From contig NW_021835215.1 of the NCBI RefSeq assembly GCF_006345805.1, positions 1-41,926 of the forward strand: a stretch of 41,926 nucleotides of DNA. Direction: 5' to 3'. This document shows, piece after piece, positions 10,814 through 22,569 of this stretch. Positions within the stretch are counted from its first letter, which is position 1, and every line of letters begins with the position of its first letter. Below the pieces are notes generated by a model. That model was not told the origin of the DNA. It worked only from the letters and a program-made list of their open reading frames with translations, and did no database searches. Both the position numbers and the translations under genes were made by a program. This stretch comes from Octopus sinensis. Its lineage: Eukaryota.

Positions 10814-11325
10814 TGGTGTGAAGGAAAGAAAGTTGTAAAACTAGTGAAGTTAACTGTTCCTCATGAAGAAAACATGCACGTCGCTCGGGCTCAAAATATT
10901 GACCGTTATATAAATCTCCTCGAGAAATGTGAAGACGTAGGCTGGAAAGCGGAGCATTTTCCAATCGAATTCGGATGAGAAGTGTGAGACGACAGTTGTT
11001 ATCGTTAGACCTAACTCATCGTAAAGTAAATATCACCGTGACCGATATCCAAACTACAGTGGAAAAGGCTAGCCACTGGATTTGGTTTAAAAGAGACGAT
11101 GAACGATGGCTAGAAGAATATTGAGCTTTATTTAATAACAAGTTGATCTAGCAAGCAGTGCTTCATATCAGTGAGTGGGGGCTCCGGTTCGCATTGATGC
11201 AGTCGGGAGGTAGGTCCCGAAACGACGCGCAGTCTCTCTTGATGACCACATACACTTGCTGGCTTCCGTTATGCGGATTTCTCGAATGGTAGCATTTGCA
11301 TGTGCAAGTTGTTTGCAAAACAACA
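10814..11325 (+). mobile_element. 5'-truncated HERO/NeSL-like non-LTR retrotransposon 3' end (RLE domain plus 3' UTR)
   Basis: WCEGKKVVKLVKLTVPHEENMHVARAQNIDRYINLLEKCEDVGWKAEHFPIEFG*R ... IQTTVEKASHWIWFKRDDERWLEEY* (stop 11122-11124) matches the ELTVP..E...K..RY...GW....P.EVG.RG / AE.AS.W.W.KR RLE pattern. Confidence 0.8.
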
Positions 11326-11619
11326 CGAACAGACACACACACACACACACACACACATGTACGTATGTATATATTAATAATTGTGTTATAGACAACCACT
11401 TGTGGGTCTCATGTTATTCTTGAATTCCATTTTCTTGATCTTCCCCTAGCATTGTTCCACACTTATTTTGGGGAATTCTATTCATGACAATACACATACC
11501 ATCGAATGCCTTTCAAGGCTTTTGGAGATGTATTCTGCTCCAGTAGTTGAAATATTGTTTTTTTTTTATTTTGCATGCTCCCTACAAGTGCATAAATGTG
11601 CAGATTTAAATACTTATGT

Positions 11620-11752
11620 GTGTGTATGTCTGTTTAACCAATAATTGACTTATATACATATGCGTGTGTGTGCGTGCGCGTGGGCGTTTGTGAGTATGTG
11701 TGTAGGTTTGCGTGTGCGTGTGTGTATATGTAAACATAAATATAACTATATG

Positions 11753-11823
<71 letters not shown>

Positions 11824-11922
11824 GTATGCGTGTGTGTGTCTATACACACTCCCACATAGGTTCTATATTGAGTGCACTGTACTTGAGCGTGCTCTTGCAT
11901 ATACACACTTCTATGTAAAGAT

Positions 11923-11968
<46 letters not shown>

Positions 11969-12062
11969 TATATATACATGCCCATACACATATGCATATA
12001 TTCAAACACACGACGAACACATATATACACAATATGCACATATATATGTATATATATGTATA

Positions 12063-12105
<43 letters not shown>

Positions 12106-12175
12106 ATATATGTATATATAATATATATATGTATATATATATATTATATATATATATATTATATATATATATATC

Positions 12176-12213
<38 letters not shown>
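11620..12213. repeat. (TG)n/(TA)n microsatellite field
   Basis: Directly visible. Confidence 0.9.
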
Positions 12214-12214
<1 letters not shown>

Positions 12215-12479
12215 GCAAATAAGTATGCGAATGTGTTTATGGATCTGTTTGTTGTAACTAGAATAAATATACGTATGGATTTATCATTTGATTTATCTGA
12301 ATCGAACGTTTTTCCTTCTGTTCTTCTTTCTGACAAAGACGTGGAATTTAGTAAATGGGGAAGGGGGTTATAGTGAATTAATAGGAAAGTATTTTTACAA
12401 CCTGATGCCCTTCATCACACCTACTATAGAACCGTGAAATATGATTAGAGATTACGAGGTGTGCGAACTAAAACAGCGG

Positions 12480-12780
12480 ATACAAGAAGCTACAAAATTT
12501 CGTCATGCATATAAACTGTCGTAGAATCATCGAAGCGAAAAAGACGCAGGAATTTCTATAGAAATGAAAAGTACTGGAAACAGTTATTAATAGAAGGACG
12601 AAAATGATCAAGCTAAGAGAAAGTGCAACTATAAAGATTAAATAGAGAGCATAAACACAGTTGTGTGGTAACGGTAGCACTTTGATAGAAGAGTCAAACG
12701 GATGACTGAGATGTAAAGAATGGTCGCTAAACAATAAAAAAAATCGCTTTGAAACAACAGTGTTGTTGATTATATAGGAA
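12480..12780 (+). mobile_element. Possible very old RTE-like C-terminal relic
   Basis: Stop-riddled translation ending ESNG*LRCKEWSLNNKKNR loosely resembles D.RW.K...EW.P...KR. Confidence 0.25.
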
Positions 12781-13034
12781 TAACTGGGGGAATTGATAAT
12801 TGAATGTTATTTATTTTATCTGGTGACCACGAGAGACATCGGAATTTTTAAAACCGCTCAGATAAGAGCAGGTAAAACTCTGTAGTTAAACTTTCCTGCG
12901 TTGTTCTGACTTGGATCCACTTTGAAGCCATTTGGCGAGTGCTATTTTCTGTTGTATTGTGTAGACCAATATTTTGAAAGCAGTATTTGAATAGCAGTAA
13001 CTACTCAGGAGTAAGTCGTTTCGTGCGTTTGTGT

Positions 13035-13347
13035 GTAAATGGCTTAGCGGCTATTTGGCTCATGTACATAAGGTCGTGAGTTCGATTCCCAGCGGAGAGG
13101 TGTGTCCTTGTGCAAGACACTTTATTTCACTTTATTTCCTGTCAACTCAATTGGCGAAAATGCGTAGTACATGTATGTCAAAGCACCAGCCTTTTCACAT
13201 TCTGTGTCACGCTGAATTTGCCAGAGAACTACGTTAACGGTACGCGTTTATGGGGAGTACTCAGTCACATGCACGTTAATTTCGAGGGCAACCTGTTCCG
13301 TTGGTCGCATCAACTGGAACCCTTGTCGTAACCGACAGAGTACCAGT
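13035..13347 (+). mobile_element. tRNA-derived SINE family C with a Meta/Deu-like central domain
   Basis: A-box-like TGGCTTAGCGG, B box GAGTTCGATTCCC, then TGTGTCCTTGTGCAAGACACTTTA, a conserved central-domain motif of metazoan SINE superfamilies. Confidence 0.75.
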
Positions 13348-13352
13348 ACGAA

Positions 13353-13407
<55 letters not shown>

Positions 13408-13481
13408 TCCACCTGCCTTCGTCTTTTGTTTATTTCCATAAACCTGCCTTCGTCTTTTGTCTATTTTCATAAAGCTTCCCG

Positions 13482-13537
<56 letters not shown>

Positions 13538-13603
13538 GTGTGTGTGTGTGTATGTAAATATGTATGTATGTATGTATCTATCTACCTGTTTGTCTGTCTA
13601 TTG

Positions 13604-13650
<47 letters not shown>
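13353..13650. repeat. (TA)n/(TG)n/(CT)n field containing a 2x31-bp tandem duplication (13411-13473)
   Basis: ACCTGCCTTCGTCTTTTGT occurs at 13411 and 13442. Confidence 0.9.
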
Positions 13651-13749
13651 AAGCGTAATATAGAATGTCAATTTGGAGAATCATGCAGCTATCACAGTAA
13701 GCTTACCGACTGGAATCGGCTATCACTCTACGTGGTAGTCAATTCGACT

Positions 13750-14040
13750 TCGACTCCCTGACCGTAACCAACCGTTCCGACAGCTGAAAAAAACATGAAC
13801 AATAACGTAATTTTTTTTGAAAGAGAAATAATATGAGAAGAGGAAGAGAGACAACGACATCGAAAGGCCAGACAATAGCATCTACGACTGATTCCGACAT
13901 TCTCATATGGCCAATGCAATCGTATGTTCTACGCAAGGATTGGCCTCGTTAGTCACATTCGCTACCAGCATTAATGGTCCAAAATTCGTCCAGCAGGAGA
14001 AATCAATCCTCAAATTCAAGGGACTTGCCGACGACAACGA
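13750..14040 (+). mobile_element. RTE-clade LINE 3' end
   Basis: NRSDS*KNMNNNVIFFEREII*EEEERQRHRKARQ, then FSYGQCNRMFYARIGLVSHIRYQH* (C-terminal zinc-finger-like motif, stop 13972-13974), and a short 3' UTR ending in GACGACAACGA repeats. Confidence 0.8.
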
Positions 14041-14099
14041 ATACAAATAATGGTTTGATCTCGCAAGAATGGGACATCTTGAAAGATGTGTGTCAAATG

Positions 14100-14102
<3 letters not shown>

Positions 14103-14166
<64 letters not shown>

Positions 14167-14184
14167 TTCTCTCTCTCTTTCTCT
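14103..14184. repeat. (CT)n microsatellite
   Basis: Directly visible. Confidence 0.95.
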
Positions 14185-14937
14185 CGGCTTCATTGTTGAA
14201 ATTTATTTAAATCGTCCGAATTCAACATTTATGAACATAATGAAAGTATTTATGAGCGTAAAACATAAATTGCATATCTTAAACTGCGTAGAGTGGAACA
14301 TTTGAGAACACACATGGCCCCAATAATCTAAACAGGGTCCCAAAAGTAATAGATTCTGTATGTTACCCTCCTAGAATGAAGTAAATCAGAACACATTTAT
14401 CACCAGTAGTTTCTCTAGAGATCCATAACTCATAATGTGTATATCTTAAACGCCTAAGAATCGAATATTTGGAAAAGCAATGCGACAAAATTCACCGAAT
14501 TCGATCATTTGGAAACCTGCGTTCTTTTTTTCTACAAGCCACAGCTTAAATTGTATGCATCTCAGACTCAGAATTCACTTTCATTTTCACAGTTTGGTCT
14601 CTTAAAAAATATAAAGTATTAAAGAGCAAGATGACAAAGTTAAACCATTGAATTCAATGAGACGAAGAGTGGTCTGTGTCTGCAAAGCATGTTTAATTTT
14701 GATGTTTATTTAGAGGAAGGGAATTATTAAATTTTTGACAAAGTCATTCTTCAGTGATGAATCTACATTAAGGGCTAGCAACGTTTTTATATCTGAAGGG
14801 CGAAATGAGAAAATGCTACATTTATTGTGAAGTATAATAATAATTAAATTTCAAAATAAAAATATTAATTGGAATCAGCAAAAATGTATTTTTATGCCAT
14901 ATGTGATACCTCCAATCTGCTAGAAGAAAGGGACGAA

Positions 14938-15169
14938 GAGCGGTGAGCTGGCAGAAACGTTAGCACGCCAGGCGAAATGTTTAGCGGTAATACGTCTGCC
15001 GTTACGTTCTGAGTTCAAATTCCGACGAGGTCGACTTTGCCTTTCATCCTTTCGGGGTCAATAAATTAAGTACCAGTTACGCACTGGGGACGATGTAATC
15101 GACTTAATCCCTTTGTCTGTCCTTGTTTGTCCCCTCTTTGTTTAGCCCCTTGTGGGTAATAAAGAAATA
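14938..15169 (+). mobile_element. tRNA-derived SINE family B, full length, with 16-bp TSD
   Basis: A-box-like GAGCTGGCAGAAACG, B box GAGTTCAAATTCC, tail TGTGGGTAATAAAGAAATA. Flanks are AGAAGAAAGGGACGAA (14922-14937) and AGAAGTAAGTGACGAA (15170-15185), 14/16 identical. Confidence 0.9.
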
Positions 15170-15750
15170 AGAAGTAAGTGACGAAATCAATCGAACCTAA
15201 TTGATTCAATCGAATATAGTCTTCACTGGAGGAACACTTTCTGTGGTCATTAGTAATAGAATTTTTTTTGGGGGAAGTATTTTAAATAGTATTAAGGGTA
15301 CAGAGAAGGTAGAAAAGTGAGCATGTAGTCTTTACATTCTGGGTTCAAATACTATTAGAGTCACAGATCGAATCCTTGTCCAAATGCTTTTAAAAGAAGT
15401 GGCTTCCACCGAAGAGATCCAAAGGCCAGATGTTGATTTTTAATTAGGTTACTTACTACGTCTACTATATGAGGCCTTACCCATCCTGGTCATCATAACC
15501 GTACAAAAGAATCCTGTACTTAACATAAACATGTTTAATTATTTAAATGTAACAGAATAGAAGTTATCAGTAGAACTTGATATCAAGGTCGATTATGAAT
15601 CCTTTTTAGCTTTGATGGTCTCTTTAAGATAAAGGCCACCGTTATATTATTTCCGTTTAGCTGCTTTATCTTAACATTAAACATGTGATGTCATTGAAGA
15701 AATCAACAAAACGTACGGTCAACGTCACGTGATCGATTATACTAGAAACA

Positions 15751-15751
<1 letters not shown>

Positions 15752-15798
<47 letters not shown>

Positions 15799-15960
15799 CA
15801 GTAGTAGTAGTAGTAGTAGTAGTAGTAGACGGTCTGGAGAGTGGTTACGGTGGAAGTGGCCACAACTCAACTACCATCACCACCAACCGCAACAGCAGCA
15901 GCAGCAGTAGTAACAACAACACCAACAGCAACGTCGATGACATCAACAACAAAAACTATA
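15752..15960. repeat. (GTA)n and (CAG/CAA)n microsatellite
   Basis: Directly visible. Confidence 0.9.
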
Positions 15961-18703
15961 ACAAAAACAGTTTTACTGATATAGCAAACACAAAGAAAGA
16001 AATGTTTACAATCCCTCTCGAGGACAAAATACGAGCACTTTCGAAAGCAAAACACATTATCAAAGTTGACGGGGGTAAGGTATCAGTGCTCGAACCTCTC
16101 TAAATGATAGAGGCAAAAGAAAAAAAGACTGTATATTTTAAATGTGTATCACAGAAAAGTAGGAGATCCGAAACACCTACCATCAGTCACGTCTAGAAGG
16201 CTCTCAGCAAAATTTTGACAAAATGTGACTCACATACAGAGAGAGAGGCAGTTTGCCAGCATTGAGGTTCTCTTTAAAAGTGAGGACCTCGCGCGAAGAC
16301 ACGCAGTGTCACCCCGGTGGATTAAAGAGATGGTCCTGTATCCCACCTACCTCTCGAAGAGAACGACGAGAATTAGGGTAAACAGTATGCTACCAGGTTT
16401 AAACGTCTGGTGGATCGTTGCCTGTGCAGTGAGGACCCAGAGTCACATCTGGAGGTAAAAAAAGAGCCGTAGGGAGAACTGGCGCAGGATCAACTTGGAG
16501 ATGTCAATCCATGTGCAACCAGAGAATAACGTGCAGATCTCGGACCTGATCCATCAGACCTCTGGGGTGGAACTGCGTATCGTCGTGGAAGGCAGGAAAC
16601 CCAGATGTGACACGTGTGTGGCCACAAGCCACCTGGGAGCGTTCTTCCACAAAAATCGGGCGGTACGCGGCTACACCTGCAGCCTACAACTCACCCCCAA
16701 CAACAGAGACCTTTTAATAGAACTGCAGTCTCATCCACAAAACAGCAGAAGCGCGTGAACCATATACAATGGGGAAACCACCAAGGGTATATGTCAAACT
16801 AGCACCCCCATATACCCGTTATCAAGCATACTTTCACACAAGCACGCTCACATTATCACAGACGCACTCACACTCCCGGAGAGAGACCATACAGACACTA
16901 GCTACTAATCCTCCTGTAGTGAAGGCGAGGTAGAACCTCACGAAGTAAAAACACGGTAAAGGCAAAGGAAACAGAAAGCAAAAGAACCTAAATCAACATC
17001 CGAAAACACAGAAAGCCCCAACACGTCGAACACCAACAACACCAACCCCACAACCACCACTACCCCAACCAAATCCACCAATACACCTACAACACTCATA
17101 GCCCACAAAAGAAAGCTCACAGTCAATACGGAAACACCGAATTATGTGCTCGTGAGGAGAGCCAACAAATTTTTGTTCCGGATCATTTAATGTTAATACG
17201 GTTACCCCTCAAAGTTTACAAAGAAATTTTCAAAGGGAGTTCCTGCATGACGTGGGAAGGCCAAACGTACGCGCCACTAAGAGGCTTTAGCCAGTTTGCT
17301 GGAGGAACCAGATCCGGAGCCCGGGTCACTGGGCTACGAACAACTCCAGGAGTGTAAGTAACCCCGCTCTTTCTCTTTTCCTCAACCATTTCGAGCCGTG
17401 ATGGCAATCGTCAAAGTTGGCTGCTTAAATGTTCGCGGCCTGAGGTCACTCTGGAAGTAAGGATGCTTGCTCAATGATCTCAGGTCGCCTAGACCCAGAA
17501 TGCAAGTTGGTGGTCCTGGACGTGAGCGACAGTGAAGGTGGTGCCTTTAGACTAGTCGCTGTTTACGCCTCTACGCGGGCGGAGCAGCCAGATTTCTTCA
17601 GACGTTTGGAGGCTTTCCTTGGGACGTCACGCTCTTTAATGTTAGTAGGTGACTTGAACGCCATCTTGGACGCACACCTGGATAGGATGGAGCTAGCTGA
17701 TGGAAGAGTGGGGAGTAAAAGCCTCACATTTCTGCTCAGCTGACAGGGTCCCGGATACTGGAAGCTGCACGCGTCCTTCCCGGATCGCCAACCTTTCAGA
17801 GACCGGGTTAGTAAGTTAGTCTATCGAAAGTTGGCGGGCGCAATCGTCAACAGCCGTTGGTGGATAACCCTGAAAAGGGCTATTAGAGTAGAGGCGGTTA
17901 GTTTTAGTAAGGAAATAGCATTAGAGGAATCTAGGATAGAGGGAGGCCTAGTTAGGAAGCTAGAAGAGGTACTTAGGAAATTCATAGTAACCGACGTGCT
18001 AGCGGCGAGATTGGCTCTTCATCAATTCTTCAATGCCAAGCACGAAGGTTGCGTTGTCAGAGCTAGGGCGCGTGTACTGAGACGGAAGGGGACGAAAGCT
18101 GTTCGATGGGCCCGGGTGGCAGAGGCGCTTCGTGTAAACAAAGCAACAATTCGGTTTTTGGCGAGCTGTGATGGGCGCATGATAACCGAGTACAAGCAGA
18201 TGTGTGCGGAATTTCAGCCTTACTTCGCCGAACTGTATGGGGCAGGCGGTGGTGGATTTCTTCGAAATGCCGATAACAGTCGAAGATATACGAGGCGTGA
18301 TAAAAGCCTGTGCAAGAGAGAAGTATCCGGGGCGAGATGGTCTGCTCTTCCAGCTTTATTTTCATATGCCAGACTTGTTCGGTGGTCTCTTGGCAGACGT
18401 CTATCACAACTGGCAACAGTACGGTAGAATCCCCAGTGCTGTGAACCGTGGAGTAGTGGTGCTGTTGCGGAAGGACCCGAACAAGGGGGGCAAAATTGAT
18501 CATTCTAGGCCTATAACTCTGCTGAATGCAGATTAGACTTTGGCAAATGTGTTAGCCAAGATGTTGGTGCTTGTCGTTGATTTGTTGGTTGATGACGCGC
18601 AGACATGCGCTAACCCAAACAGAACTACCCACATAACATCCACCTCACCTCTTAGGTGGGGGTAAGGAACTTGGCATGGGTGGGGCCCTGATCGATTTGG
18701 ATT
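15960..18703 (+). mobile_element. Tx1/L1-group LINE relic: ORF1 with zinc knuckle, and ORF2 with APE endonuclease plus RT N-terminus, 3' end missing
   Basis: ORF1 remnant VVEGRKPRCDTCVATSHL (decayed CCHC). ORF2 from ATG 17401: MAIVKVGCLNVRGL, FRLVAVYA, LVGDLNAILD, GPGYWKL, KYPGRDGL, RPITLLNAD, DAQTCA, GGALIDLD. Several stops, frameshifts and deletions. Confidence 0.9.
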
Positions 18704-19159
18704 ACTATACGAGTAGTATAGTGGTATATTTTGTGGTATAGTAGTACACCACACTATAAAATACTGTTAGACTACACTTTGGATTAGTAACATAACATGC
18801 TATGCAGCTTACTTGGAATTAAATGCTTTGACATCAGACGCTTTACTTTTTGAGAGATAAGAACCATCGATGTCATTTGGTTGTCTGTAACGTTATCGAC
18901 TTGACGAGCGGCATCCGCTTTCAGCTGACAATAGAGAACTGGCCTAAATACATTATAATATTCAAGTGTTATGGAAATTGTTTTTCCGGTTACAGATTTT
19001 CTCATTTCATCCGATAGAAAGATAACATACATACGATACTGAGAATGATTCGATCGAGTAAAGATTCTTCAGTATAGGAAATTTTGGTGATCAGTCTATT
19101 TGCAAGTATTCCAAATAGAATTAAGGAAAAGGTGAGGGTAGAGAAGCGGGCTGTCGGCA

Positions 19160-19235
19160 TATAGTCTCGTTACTTTACATTTTGGGTTCAAATACCGTCA
19201 GGGTCGACTTCACTTTTCATCCCACTATGGTAGGG
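19160..19235 (+). mobile_element. SINE family B relic
   Basis: TTTACATTTTGGGTTCAAATACCGTCAGGGTCGACTTCACTTTTCATCC aligns with 15002-15049. Weaker relics at ~15330-15362 and ~19330-19465. Confidence 0.65.
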
Positions 19236-20315
19236 AAATATGTTGCAGCGTAGATTCAAGCAATTTTCCTCTCCTCAGTATACACGTCTTAATTTTGTTC
19301 CTTAATCTAAGACATGATAGTCATTTGAGTGGTGAAATCAACAAAGCATTAGATTACACGCTTTTTCAGTATTTAGTTTGGTCCATCTAATTTTTTTGAG
19401 TTCAAATTCTAGCGGGGAACCATTTTTTTCTCTTTTTAATTTTTGCTTTGGTTTTCATCCATTAAGGATGCATTGGTATCCATTTAATCTGCTATAACCA
19501 TCCTCTACAATGATTAACCATGTGCCAATATATCCTCATTTGACTAAAATCAAGGCGTAGATAGGCAGAAAAATATTTAGCACTGAATGTAAGGCTTAGG
19601 AATAGACTGAGCGTATAAAAAATATCCAGTATCTTTCTAACTTTTAGCCTAACTATACATCTGTCAGGACCAAGGAATAGAATGTGAATATGTCCTTCAT
19701 TCATCCTGATTTAACACAGATCGAAATATGCGATCTCACATTGGAAATATGTGATGTATTCAATGCTGATGTCCTACACCCTACCTTTCATGTTTTACAT
19801 CAGTTACCTCTTTGTAATATATGTGTGACCGATTACATAGAAAAGAACAAATACAAAAGAAATTTCAGCAGTTGTATTGACGATTGTGTTTTCCAATATT
19901 TCACGTTAACTATCTCCTACTTAAATGGCTAGAAAAATGACACAACAAGTCAGATACGACGCTAATTGTGCCATCAATCTTCTTTCAGTGGTAAAACTGG
20001 TCTTGTGACTTTGTCGCTAAAATTGATGATAAACTTCCGGAGTAAAACAAGAAATGGAGAAAATTAATCCGTCACATTATATTTCACAGAAGATTTATTT
20101 TGAAGACTTTTTCGCCACTCATTGTAATATCTGTAATATATCGATAGTATGAATAAGTACTGAGTAATGTAATTTGGTGGTTCTTTCCAGCATGGTAACT
20201 ACCGCATGTTTCGTTTTTTTTTTTTATCTCGTCGGAATTTACTGGTGTTGGCTCATGTTATTACTATATAACTCACTTTTTCTCTCACACTCCAACCTCT
20301 GTCTCTGTCTAGCTT

Positions 20316-20319
<4 letters not shown>

Positions 20320-20363
<44 letters not shown>

Positions 20364-20411
20364 TCTCTCTCTACACACACACATATATATATATATTTAT
20401 ATATATATATT

Positions 20412-20455
<44 letters not shown>

Positions 20456-20523
20456 TTAATATATATATATATATATAATATATTTATATATATATATTTA
20501 TTATATATATATATTTATATATA

Positions 20524-20581
<58 letters not shown>

Positions 20582-20606
20582 ATATATAATATATATATAT
20601 ATATAT
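20320..20606. repeat. (CT)n(CA)n(TA)n microsatellite
   Basis: Directly visible. Confidence 0.95.
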
Positions 20607-20952
20607 CTGTCTACTTCTCTACAGATAGTTGATTTTCATATCCTTGTCATATCACACACGAACAATCATTTTATCTCCCTTCGCCATCTCCCACTTTTAT
20701 CTCCCTACAAATATGTATTTACTTGCGTGTGTTCTTTAATGGGATGTTTAACCCGTTGCAATTCATCCTTCATTCTGTTCTACAACCACTATTTTTACAA
20801 TATCCTCATACGCCTATATTTTTCTCTATTTTTCTTTCGTCTTTCTCTCTCAATTTCTCCCTTTGTGAGTGTTTCATCCTATCTTTCTTCCGCTATCCCC
20901 TAAAAATATTCAGTCATATTGTTATTCTTATTTGCAACATCTTATTATTGCT

Positions 20953-21560
20953 GTAAAGTTGAAAAGATGTACCTACCTTAAGATGGAGGTATATGACTGT
21001 CATAATGTGAGAGGAAATGACTGACATAATGTGAGAGAATGTGTATCATAAGATGGGAGGATGTCACTGTGCGTAAATTGAAAGAATTTGATTTTCGTAT
21101 GGTGGAGACGTGATTGACGTTTGGTACATGTCTGTATTTATTGTAAAGTTAATGTGACTGATGTAATGTCAAAAAATATAAGCGTCGTAAATATAGTGGC
21201 CGATGTAAGGTAAGAATATGTGACTGCCTTAGTTGGTAGAATGTGAGGAAAAGGTGTGAGTTGGTAAGGTCAGAAGATGACGTCGTTGTAAGGTCGGAGC
21301 TTCTGATTATGGAGAGGGAGGTATATCTGACTCATAAAGTGAAAGAATGCGACAGTCGTAAGGAGGTAAGATATGATTGTCGTAAAGTGGTAGCATGTGA
21401 GTGCTGCTAGTAAGAGGTTGCGACTGATGGGAAATGGAAGGATGCAACTGTCTTAAGATAAGTGAATGTGATAGCGATAAGATGGGAGGATGTAAGGTTG
21501 GAAGATGTAACTAGTATGAGGCAGGAAGATGTGGTTGTCGTAATTTTGGAGCTCGTAAAC
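20953..21560. repeat. Degenerate ~24-bp minisatellite
   Basis: TGACTGTCATAATGTGAGAGGAAA (20994) and TGACTGACATAATGTGAGAGAATG (21018); approximate consensus TGACTGTCGTAAGGTGGGAGAATG recurs throughout. Confidence 0.75.
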
Positions 21561-22110
21561 GAGCTGAGAGTAGAATCTACAACGAAGGTTCAATACACGG
21601 TAGAACCATGCCTCTTCACTTGCTCTTCTTAAGTGTAGTTTATGGAACCTACAAAGGTGTTTATATGAGGTTAATTGACTTGCTAGAAATAGCAGAGCAG
21701 CCACATCTCGAACCAAGCCACTGAGACCAAGTAACAACATAGACTAATGTAGTCCTAGGAGTATCCGAACAGTTGATTTGTTCATGATTTGTAAAGATTT
21801 TATTGAAATTTTTTTGCAGTGTTGGTTGATCTGGAGCTAAACAACAAGAATAACACAATAAGTATTTGATATACATGCAAGACGAACAGCCTTCATCATC
21901 CTACTAGAACTATTCAAGTTGCAAAAGAAATATTTTGCCTCCGGTCAGTAAGTGTTATTTCCTATTTGCTTTTAACTACAAATCAAAGGAAATGACTACT
22001 ATTCCCTTCAAACTTTAGCTTTTGTGACCTAGACATCAATGTTTTCAAACTGACCTATTCTCCGTTGCATTTCAGACGGATTCAGCGCTGCGTTGCTGAA
22101 GCTGAAATAT

Positions 22111-22270
22111 TATAGCAAATATTCTGCTCAGTACCACAGATTTGCTTGTCAGTTACCTGATATTAACCACTTGAGCAAGTCCCTTAGTGGCTGACAATAC
22201 GTGTATCTCAGATCATGTGCAGGAATAGTTGGAGAACCTCATAGCTATGTGCCGCTTGGGGGTTTGAATA
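22111..22270 (+). mobile_element. Partial second copy of the repeat at 21-505
   Basis: Aligns with 48-220. Confidence 0.75.
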
Positions 22271-22569
22271 AATATAACAAAAGCAAAGTGTGAAGGAAAT
22301 ATTAGCCATGTTTCCATACTTTCTGGGACTAAGCAAATAGGAAATTACCGTTGCTACCCAAGGACAAAATCGTGTTACACAGTGTAATCTGCAGTTTTGT
22401 TTGTTCATCCATATTGATGTTTTCATAATACAATAGCATCTATGGTACACCAACATCCGCTTACAGTTAGCAGAATATTTACATTTTCATAATTGTGAAG
22501 AAGGAAGCTACTCAATATTCAGGTTATTTATTCGGACAGGTATCGACCAAAAGATGAAAAAAAACATTG

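Noticed and set aside
11200-11250. GGGA-ggtagg-TCCC-GAAAC...GTC...TTGATGA in the HERO-like 3' UTR as a permuted hammerhead
   Set aside because: Stem I cannot form and the core lacks C3; more likely an ordinary 3' UTR stem-loop.
13035-13100. tRNA gene candidates at SINE heads (also 14938 and 33291)
   Set aside because: A and B boxes are present, but there is no full cloverleaf and each continues into a SINE body.
20953-21560. CRISPR-like array (also 27640-28290 and the SINE trimer)
   Set aside because: Units are contiguous and degenerate with no unique spacers, there are no cas genes, and the context is eukaryotic.
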